Below, piece by piece: positions 25,277 through 32,000 of a stretch of DNA of 32,000 nt. Position 1 is the first letter of the stretch. Each line of letters begins with the position of its first letter. Made by a program: the position numbers and the translations under genes. Origin of the DNA: Kiritimatiella glycovorans (GTDB lineage: Bacteria; Verrucomicrobiota; Kiritimatiellia; Kiritimatiellales; Kiritimatiellaceae); NCBI RefSeq assembly GCF_001017655.1, contig NZ_CP010904.1, forward strand, positions 450,001 to 482,000. Direction: 5' to 3'. The notes below the pieces were generated by a model. That model was not told the DNA's origin. It ran no database searches and worked only from the letters and a program-made list of their open reading frames with translations.

Positions 25277-25543
25277 GGAGGGACGGGTTACACCCCATCC
25301 GTCGGGTTAACCTTGAAGGGACGGGTTATACCCCGTCCGGTTCCTTTGGAGAAACGGGTTACACCCCGTCCGTTTCTCCTGGAGGGACGGGTTACACCCC
25401 GTCCGTTTCTCCTGGAGGGACGGGTTACACCCCGTCCGTTTCTCCTGGAGGGACGGGTTACACCCCGTCCTCTTTGCGGTCGGCGTTGGAGGGACGGGTT
25501 ACACCCCGTCCTCTTTTGCGGTCGGCGTGGAAGCCGACCCTCC
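25277..25543 (+). repeat. REP array type C: 7 forward units (core period 33 bp) plus 1 reverse-orientation unit
   Basis: The forward units are GGAGGGACGGGTTACACCCCGTCC at 25277, 25315, 25348, 25381, 25414, 25447 and 25488; the first three are slightly degenerate. The stem is GGACGGG/CCCGTCC and the loop is TTACAC. The linker is only GTTTCTCCT. The terminal reverse unit is GGTCGGCGTGGAAGCCGACCCTCC at 25520-25543. The array fills the gap between the sulfatase stop (25237) and the next gene's ATG (25588). Confidence 0.9.
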
Positions 25544-25587
25544 ATTCCGTCGTTCGCCCCCGGATATTCTCAACATAGGAGCGCATC

Positions 25588-28500
25588 ATGAATAGAAACT
25601 GGACCCTCTGGGCCGTCGCGGCCCTTACCGCATCCACACTTTGTGCCGGCGCGGCCGGCGGTGCGCCGCGCGATGCCCTGGAAGCCGGATTCGCCGAACC
25701 CCCGCCGGAAACCCGTCCTTACGTGTTCTGGTACTGGGTCAACGGTCACATTACGGAGGAGGGCCTCGACGCGGATTTGGACGGGTTCGTGGACGCGGGC
25801 GTCGGCGGGGTGTACATCCTGAACGTCATGCGCATGTTCCCGAAGGGGCCGGTCGAGTTCAACTCGCCCGAGGGGATGGCCCTGATCAAGCACGCCATTC
25901 GGGGCGCGGGCGAGCGGGGGCTCGAGGTGGTCCTCTACAACGGCGCGGGCTGGTCGTCGAGCGGCGGGCCGTGGATTACCCCCGAATACGCGATGCAGAA
26001 ACTGACCTGGAGCGAGACGCGCGTGCAGGGCGGGAAGAAGGTGGAACGGGTGCTCGCCCGGCCGCCGGTCATCGAGACCTACCGCCCGGAGTTCTTCGGT
26101 CCGGAAGAGACGCTCGACTGGTATCGCGACGTGGCCGTTCTCGCCTTCCCCACGCCGGAAGCTGAGCAGGCCCTGCCCGGCGAACCGGAAATCACGGCCA
26201 ACGATCCGGACTTCGACTCTTCAAAGCACGGACACCCTTCGCCGTATGTCTTTTCGCGGCTGAAGACCTCGGCGGAAAAGGCCGGGGAGATCGTGCTCGA
26301 ATATCCCGAACCGTTCACCGCCCGCAGCGTGCGGCTCGACGTGCACCGGAGCTGTACGCCGACCATTCGTGAGGGATTCCTCTTCGCCTCGGACGACGGC
26401 GAGTCGTGGCGCGAGGTGCGGTCGTTTCCGATGGGGGACCGAATGCCGGTCGAGGCGCCCTTCGCCCCCGAGCACGCCCGGTTCTGGAAACTCCGGTTTC
26501 CGCTCGAGCGCGGGGCGGGCGAGGTCCGGTTGACCGGGCTCGCCGTGCAGCCCGGGTACCGCATCGAAGACGGATCGGCCAAGGCCATGTTTCACGACCA
26601 CGGGCTCGATGACCCCGCGCCCGCGTTTTCCTCGCCCGCGCCGGAGAAAGACGCGGTGATCCCCTTGAACCACGTGATTGATCTCTCGGAGCATATGGAT
26701 GCCGAAGGGCGACTCAGCTGGAAGGCCCCGCCCGGCGACTGGACCATCCTGCGCCTCGGACGCACCCCCACCGGCGCGCTGAACTCGAATCCGGCCTACG
26801 GCGGCAGCGGGCTCGACTGCGATAAACACCGCGCCGAGGCGGTGGACTTTCAGTGGCGTCACGCGCTGAGCCCCTACTTCGACGACCCGGATGTCGCCCC
26901 GCACATCGACGGGGTGCATATCGACAGCTGGGAGGTCGGCGCGCAGAACTGGTCGCAGGGATTCGGCGAGGCCTTCGAGCAGCGGACGGGCTACGACCTG
27001 CGCCGGCTGCTGCCGGTGATGACCGGTCGGGTGGTCGGCGACCTGGAGATTTCCGAGCGCTTTCTCGGCGATGTGCGGCGGGTGGTGACCGGGTTGATCG
27101 CGGACGAGTATTTCGCGCACACCCGTGACCGGGCGGCCGAAGCGGGCGCGCTGTTTTCAAACGAACCCTACCACCAGAACCAGTTCGACTCGTCCGACGC
27201 GGGGATGCGGGTCGACGTGCCGATGTGCGAGGTCTGGCGCGGGGACCGGGTCACGCCGGCGTTCTGGGCGAAACTGGGCGCTTCCCCCGCTCACGTCGCG
27301 GGGAGGAACATCGTCGGCTGTGAGTCGTTCACGTCCAATACGCGTCCGGAGGACGGCGGTGACTGGTCGACGGATTTCGACGATCAGAAGCTGACCGCGA
27401 ACGTGATCTTTGCGGGCGGGGTGAACCGGATGGTTTTTCACGTGAGCGCGCACCAGCCGTGGATGAACGTCGTGCCCGGCATGACCGTCGGGGGCTGCGG
27501 CCAGCATTTTGAGCGGACGAATCCGCTCTGGTGTCACGGCGCGCCGGCGTTTAACCGTTACGTCTCGCGCTGCCAGTATCTCCTGCGGCAGGGACGTTTC
27601 GTCGCCGATGTGCTGTACTCGTGCGGAGAGGATTCACCGAGCAAGTCACTGGACGTGAAGGGGGATCTGCATCCGGGGCGCGGGCTGGACTACGACGTCT
27701 GCAGCCCGGAGATCATCCTGCGCGATCTGAGCGTGGAAGACGGCGATCTCGTCCTGCCGCACGGCATGCGCTACCGGCTGCTGGTGCTGCCCGACCGTCC
27801 GGCGATGAGCCTCGCCATGGCACGTAAGCTGGAGGAACTGCTCGAAGCCGGGGCGACGATCGTGGCCGCCCCGCCGGAACGGACGACCGGTCTGTCCGGT
27901 TATCCGGATTCGGACGCCGCGTTGAAGCGGCGGGTCGAGGAGATCTGGGGCGAAGGCCGGGCATGCCCCGATGCGGGTCGACGCGTGGGGCAGGGGACCC
28001 TGTTCTGGTGGCGGCCGGTCAGTGAGATCGTTGCGCGGATGGATATTCCGCCCGATTTCCGCGCGCCCGTCCCGGATCCGCGGACGCCCTACCTGCACGT
28101 CCACCGCCGCATGGAGGACGGAACCGAGATCTACTTTGTGGCCAATACGCAGCGGAAGGAAGCGGAGGACGTCGACTGCGCTTTTCGGGTCACGGGAAAA
28201 CGGCCCGAGCTGTGGGACCCCCGGACCGGGGAGACGCGTCCGTTGCCCGAATATTCCGTCGAAGGGCCGATGATTCGTGTGCCGCTGGATTTTGCCCCGC
28301 TGGAGTCGTACTTCGTGCTCTTTCGTGAGGCGGGTGCGGCGGAACCGTCCGCGGAGGTCAATTTTGCGGAACGGCCCGTGATGCGCGAGATCGGCGGTCC
28401 GTGGCGGGTCTCGTTCGACCCCGAATGGGGCGGACCGGAGTCGGTGATGTTTGCGGAGCTTACGGACTGGCGCGATCATGAGGACAAGGGCGTCCGCTAC

Positions 28501-28920
28501 TACTCCGGAACTGCGGTGTACCGGCGCACGTTCGAAATGGCGCAGGTGGAGGCGGATCGGCGCATGTTCCTCGACCTGGGCCGTGTCGAGAACGTGGCGA
28601 CGGTGCGGCTCAACGGCCGCGAGCTGGGGACCGTATGGTGCGCGCCGTGGCGGGTCGAGGTGACGGGGGCGCTGCGCGAAGGGAAGAACCGGCTTGAGAT
28701 CGAGGTCAGCAATCTGATGGTCAACCGCATGATCGGCGACGAGCAGTTGCCGCTGGACTACGAGCGCGATGCGCGCGGATGGCCGAAAAGCATTCCCGAA
28801 TGGGTGACCGGGGATAAAAAGCGCCCCAGCGGGCGATATACTTTCGCCACGTTTACTCCCTGGAAAGAGGACTCGGAACTTCTGCCCTCCGGGCTGCTCG
28901 GACCGATGCGTATCAGGTAG
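25588..28920 (+). CDS. Large secreted glycoside hydrolase, GH106-like (alpha-L-rhamnosidase family) with a C-terminal GH2-type sugar-binding-like domain
   Basis: A signal peptide is present. The N-terminal motif FAEPPPETRPYVFWYWVNGHITEEGLDADLDGFVDAGVGGVYI is characteristic of the ~1100-aa GH106-type proteins as I recall them. The C-terminal region reads GPWRVSFDPEWGGP...YYSGTAVYRRTF...LDLGRVENVATVRLNGRELG...GKNRLEIEVSNLMVNRMIGD. An AGGAG RBS is present. Confidence 0.55.
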   Translation: MNRNWTLWAVAALTASTLCAGAAGGAPRDALEAGFAEPPPETRPYVFWYWVNGHITEEGLDADLDGFVDAGVGGVYILNVMRMFPKGPVEFNSPEGMALIKHAIRGAGERGLEVVLYNGAGWSSSGGPWITPEYAMQKLTWSETRVQGGKKVERVLARPPVIETYRPEFFGPEETLDWYRDVAVLAFPTPEAEQALPGEPEITANDPDFDSSKHGHPSPYVFSRLKTSAEKAGEIVLEYPEPFTARSVRLDVHRSCTPTIREGFLFASDDGESWREVRSFPMGDRMPVEAPFAPEHARFWKLRFPLERGAGEVRLTGLAVQPGYRIEDGSAKAMFHDHGLDDPAPAFSSPAPEKDAVIPLNHVIDLSEHMDAEGRLSWKAPPGDWTILRLGRTPTGALNSNPAYGGSGLDCDKHRAEAVDFQWRHALSPYFDDPDVAPHIDGVHIDSWEVGAQNWSQGFGEAFEQRTGYDLRRLLPVMTGRVVGDLEISERFLGDVRRVVTGLIADEYFAHTRDRAAEAGALFSNEPYHQNQFDSSDAGMRVDVPMCEVWRGDRVTPAFWAKLGASPAHVAGRNIVGCESFTSNTRPEDGGDWSTDFDDQKLTANVIFAGGVNRMVFHVSAHQPWMNVVPGMTVGGCGQHFERTNPLWCHGAPAFNRYVSRCQYLLRQGRFVADVLYSCGEDSPSKSLDVKGDLHPGRGLDYDVCSPEIILRDLSVEDGDLVLPHGMRYRLLVLPDRPAMSLAMARKLEELLEAGATIVAAPPERTTGLSGYPDSDAALKRRVEEIWGEGRACPDAGRRVGQGTLFWWRPVSEIVARMDIPPDFRAPVPDPRTPYLHVHRRMEDGTEIYFVANTQRKEAEDVDCAFRVTGKRPELWDPRTGETRPLPEYSVEGPMIRVPLDFAPLESYFVLFREAGAAEPSAEVNFAERPVMREIGGPWRVSFDPEWGGPESVMFAELTDWRDHEDKGVRYYSGTAVYRRTFEMAQVEADRRMFLDLGRVENVATVRLNGRELGTVWCAPWRVEVTGALREGKNRLEIEVSNLMVNRMIGDEQLPLDYERDARGWPKSIPEWVTGDKKRPSGRYTFATFTPWKEDSELLPSGLLGPMRIR

Positions 28921-28958
28921 GGCGCGTCGCCTTCCGTCCCCGACCGCCAAAAAAAATA

Positions 28959-28986
28959 TTGACCGGTTAAATCTTTCTGCTAGTTT
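28959..28986 (+). promoter_or_regulatory. Candidate sigma70-type promoter for the PEP-CTERM gene
   Basis: The sequence is TTGACC-N16-TAGTTT, preceded by the A-tract AAAAAAAATA. It sits in the only markedly AT-rich intergenic stretch of this region, about 64 nt upstream of ATG 29050. Confidence 0.35.
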
Positions 28987-29049
28987 CGTGGCAGAGGGGG
29001 GTGATTGGGGAAGGTTGATCATTGCATTCACATTCAAGGAGGGAGACTG

Positions 29050-29949
29050 ATGAAGAAACTAAGTATGGCCCTGGTTCTCGTGATGGCCGCCGTGCTCTGT
29101 GCCGGTGCGCAGACGGAACTTACGTTCGATAATGACTGGGAGGGTTTTAACGGTCGTCTTGATCAGGGGTGGAACTGGGAGAACAACACCCAGCCCCTGC
29201 TCAGCAGCAATCGCGTCGGGATTCTGACCGGGAGCGAACCGAATCTCACGAATTACTGGTCTGCCGGTGCGTTTGACGATTACTGGATCGAACAGCGTGG
29301 CGGAACCTTCGCCGACGACGACTATGAGATGAGGATCCGCTATAACGCCAGGTACACGCTGAATGACACGGGGAATGACGGTTCGTACACGAACATTATG
29401 GTGACGGATCAGCAGCTGAGTCTGTGGAGTAACGGCGGAACGAATTGGTTCAATCTGATCGCGGGGACGGTGTACGCCGATAAGACCTTTGCGAACAGCG
29501 ACCTGAGCCGGCTGACCCTGAGCAACGCCATGGTTACGATCCTGACCAACGCGATCAATAACAACGCGCAGATGACGGCGCTCTCCGGGGGAACCGGCAT
29601 CTGGCACCAGATCAACGGAACGACGATTCCGGAGATTGATTTTGAGGACCCCGACGGGGATCCAACGGTCGGCGACAATCATTTCATGGGTGCGTTCGTG
29701 TGGGAGACCAACGGTGGAAGTGCCCTGATCCCGGCCCAGTGGAAGTGGTATATAGGGAATGAAGATATCACGTATGCCGGTCATGCGATGCAGACCACCA
29801 ACGCAGCCAGTCCGTATTATTGGGAAGATTACGTCTCGCTGTCGGACGACAACACGACGCTGACGGTGATTCCCGAACCGGCCACCCTCGGGATGCTCGG
29901 TCTCGCGGCTGCGGGGCTCGCCGTCCTGCGGCGGATGAAGCGTGTCTGA
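29050..29949 (+). CDS. PEP-CTERM-anchored secreted protein of unknown function
   Basis: An AGGAGGGAG RBS is present. The signal peptide is MKKLSMALVLVMAAVLCAGAQTE. The C-terminal sorting signal is VIPEPATLGMLGLAAAGLAVLRRMKRV (PEP motif, TM helix and basic tail). The mature part is rich in N, T, D and W. I recognise no domain in it. Confidence 0.85.
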   Translation: MKKLSMALVLVMAAVLCAGAQTELTFDNDWEGFNGRLDQGWNWENNTQPLLSSNRVGILTGSEPNLTNYWSAGAFDDYWIEQRGGTFADDDYEMRIRYNARYTLNDTGNDGSYTNIMVTDQQLSLWSNGGTNWFNLIAGTVYADKTFANSDLSRLTLSNAMVTILTNAINNNAQMTALSGGTGIWHQINGTTIPEIDFEDPDGDPTVGDNHFMGAFVWETNGGSALIPAQWKWYIGNEDITYAGHAMQTTNAASPYYWEDYVSLSDDNTTLTVIPEPATLGMLGLAAAGLAVLRRMKRV

Positions 29950-29971
29950 GTGGTCGTGATCGCGACGCCAA

Positions 29972-30007
29972 CCCCCGGCGATCAGAATCGGCGGGGGTTT
30001 TTCTTTT
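29972..30007 (+). terminator. Rho-independent terminator after the PEP-CTERM gene
   Basis: CCCCCGGCGAT-CAGA-ATCGGCGGGGG pairs at 10 of 11 positions in a GC-rich stem. It is followed by TTTTTCTTTT. Confidence 0.75.
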
Positions 30008-30017
30008 AGGGGGAGAA

Positions 30018-32000
30018 ATGAAGTTGTATCAGGGAATGATGGCGATGGCGGCGCTCCTGCTGGCGGGGGCGGCTTCGGGGGCCGAAGATCGGGCGGGGAC
30101 GTATCCGACGCATCTCACCCTGTTGCGCAGCGGAGAGGTCCGGCCGCGGGGGTGGATGCTCGAACAGATGCGCGGCGATCTGGAGGAGGGCTACATCGCG
30201 CACTATGACGAGATCAGCCCCATGGCCGCGCAGGACATCTTCGTGGACAACAAGTCGAACTACGAAGAGCCGAACCTTCTCCATTCGCCGATCAAGCGGA
30301 AGGTCAAACCCTGGTGGTGCGGAGAGGTCGAAGGACTGTGGAAGGAGTCAGTTACGCGTCTCGCTTTTCTGACCGGTCAGGATCATTACAGCGAGATCGC
30401 GCGCGGCTGGATCGAGCGAATCATGGCGGACCAGCCGGAGAGCGGTTATCTCGGCATGTACCGTCCGGAAGTCCGTCTCCAGCACCGTCAGGAAAACGGT
30501 GAGCTGTGGACGATGACGCTCGAGATGCTGATGATGCTCTCCTTCTACGAGTACACGGGCGATGCCCGGGTGCTCGATTCCGTGACACGCGGCGTCGATC
30601 TGGTTATGGAGACCTACGGCCCGCACAACTACTACTTCGGCTGGCACTACGGCTCGAGCGGCGGGGGCTGGACACACGGGCTCGCGTTCATGGATATCCT
30701 CGAATGGCTGTACCGGATCACGGGCGAGGACCGCTATGCCGACTTCGCGGAGTTCCTGTACCGCGAGGACTGGTCGCCGAAAGGTGAGATCAGTGTCGCG
30801 CCGCTGCTCGACGAGAATCACACCTTTTCCACCCACGGCGCCCACCTCGGCGAACAGTTCATGGTGCCATTTTTTGTGAACGCCGTTCGGCCCGCGTCGG
30901 ACCTGGAGGAGGCCACGGCCAACGCGATGGACATCCTGGAGTACCACTTCACCCCCGGCGGATGCATCCAGAGTGCCGAGGGGGTGGAGCACCGTCGCGG
31001 GAATGCGGACTGCGCGAAGGAGTACTGCACGATCCTTCAGTTCACGCGGGCGTTGAATAAGGTGTCGATGTTCACGCTCGACCGCCGCGCCGCAGAATGG
31101 GTGGAGCGGATCGCCTGCAACGCCGCCCAGGCCGCGCGCTTTCACCCCTACCTCAAGGCCGTGCAGTACACCTCCAGCGATAACCGCCTTGAAATCAACG
31201 AGGCCGGGCGCGGGCATCGCGACGCCTATTCCGCCTGCCACGGCGCGCCCTGCTGCGCCATGAGCGGCGCGCGCTACATATCCTATTTCGTCGAAAGCAT
31301 GTGGATGCGCCGCACGGATCACCCGGGACTCGTCCTGATGCAGTACGGGCCGTGCGAAGTGCGGACCCGGCTCGGCGGCACCGGCGTGGCGATTCGTGAG
31401 GAGACGGTTTATCCGTTTTCCGACCGGGTGCGCCTCGCCATCGAAACGGAAACCCCCGTCGAGTTCACCCTCTACCTCCGCCGACCCGCATCGGCGCGGC
31501 GCATGCAGGTGAACGCGCCGGACGGCGCGAAGGTCCGCGATGAGGGAGGGTTTCTCGAGATCCGCCGGCGCTGGCGTACGGGGGACACCGTGGAGCTGGT
31601 CTTCGACTACCCGGTCGAAAAGATCATGCAGCCTGCCTCGGAGACGGTCTGGAGTGACGAGGGAGGCTGCTATCTCAAACGCGGGCCGCTGGTGTTCGCG
31701 CTTCCTCTCGAACATACTATCGAGCCGATTGAGGAGTATTTCGATTCCGGTCATCACCGGTTCGATGTGAAAACCCTCGATGCCACGGGGTGGAACTACG
31801 CGATCGATCCGGACGAACCGTTTGAACTCGTGCGCACAGAATCCGCCGGAGAAAAACACCCCTGGGTCGAGCCGCCTCTCCGACTGCGCGGTCGGCTCGT
31901 CACGCGCGGAGGAGAGAAGGTCGAAGTCGAACTCGTTCCGCTCGGGTCGACCAAGGTCCGGCGGGTTGTGTTTCCGCTCCATTCATCGTTAACCGACGAA
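30018..32000 (+). CDS. GH127-like (DUF1680 / beta-L-arabinofuranosidase family) glycoside hydrolase; 3' end lies outside the window
   Basis: This ORF is not in the supplied ORF track. My hand translation from ATG 30018 (RBS AGGGGGAG) gives 661 codons with no stop up to the window edge. The signal peptide is MKLYQGMMAMAALLLAGAASGAED. Family-like blocks are KPWWCGEVEGLWKESVTRLAFLTGQD, QPESGYLGMY and YEYTGDARVLD. AKEYCT and GAPCCAMSGARY resemble the E-x-C and C-C zinc/catalytic motifs of GH127. Confidence 0.7.
   Translation, partial: MKLYQGMMAMAALLLAGAASGAEDRAGTYPTHLTLLRSGEVRPRGWMLEQMRGDLEEGYIAHYDEISPMAAQDIFVDNKSNYEEPNLLHSPIKRKVKPWWCGEVEGLWKESVTRLAFLTGQDHYSEIARGWIERIMADQPESGYLGMYRPEVRLQHRQENGELWTMTLEMLMMLSFYEYTGDARVLDSVTRGVDLVMETYGPHNYYFGWHYGSSGGGWTHGLAFMDILEWLYRITGEDRYADFAEFLYREDWSPKGEISVAPLLDENHTFSTHGAHLGEQFMVPFFVNAVRPASDLEEATANAMDILEYHFTPGGCIQSAEGVEHRRGNADCAKEYCTILQFTRALNKVSMFTLDRRAAEWVERIACNAAQAARFHPYLKAVQYTSSDNRLEINEAGRGHRDAYSACHGAPCCAMSGARYISYFVESMWMRRTDHPGLVLMQYGPCEVRTRLGGTGVAIREETVYPFSDRVRLAIETETPVEFTLYLRRPASARRMQVNAPDGAKVRDEGGFLEIRRRWRTGDTVELVFDYPVEKIMQPASETVWSDEGGCYLKRGPLVFALPLEHTIEPIEEYFDSGHHRFDVKTLDATGWNYAIDPDEPFELVRTESAGEKHPWVEPPLRLRGRLVTRGGEKVEVELVPLGSTKVRRVVFPLHSSLTDE

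Noticed and set aside
24865-25591. Plus-strand ORFs 24865-25578 and 25313-25591 and minus-strand ORF 25288-25545, which span the 33-bp array and encode GGTGYTPSVSP-type tandem peptides.
   Set aside because: The 33-bp period equals 11 codons, so every frame stays open by construction. The 5' part of the 237-aa ORF overlaps the well-supported sulfatase frame. No start or RBS context supports them.

Overview
High-GC bacterial chromosomal window. It looks like a glycan-degrading member of the PVC group (Kiritimatiellota/Verrucomicrobiota-like). That guess rests only on a PEP-CTERM sorting signal, a Pmp-like beta-helix protein, dense sulfatases and glycoside hydrolases, and the absence of SusC/SusD. 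Left to right the window contains: a partial MFS sugar porter and an AraC regulator; a REP/RAYT module, where an HUH Y1 transposase gene is surrounded by, and invaded in frame by, short palindromic repeats; an iduronate-2-sulfatase-like Tat sulfatase; a 3'-truncated GH78 rhamnosidase remnant; a PHP phosphoesterase; a 769-aa secreted beta-helix protein; housekeeping yjbQ-priA; xylA; three divergent paralogues of a GH39-like TIM-barrel hydrolase; two tandem GPH transporters; an SGSH-like sulfatase; a REP array with a 33-bp core period; a 1110-aa GH106-like hydrolase; an orphan PEP-CTERM protein with its own promoter and terminator; and a GH127-like gene (30018 to window end) that is missing from the supplied ORF track because it has no stop codon in the window. 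The most interesting items are: (1) the REP/RAYT system, whose composite REP doublet sits in frame inside the transposase ORF, and whose hairpin stem shows fully compensatory covariation across four subfamilies; (2) the three-paralogue GH39-like family, which has Thr-Glu where clan GH-A enzymes normally have Asn-Glu; and (3) the locus as a possible lyase-free, lysosome-like exo-hydrolytic pathway for a sulfated Rha/Xyl/uronate glycan. No rRNA, tRNA, CRISPR-cas or recognisable defence genes were seen. All functional calls come from motif recognition by eye, not database searches.
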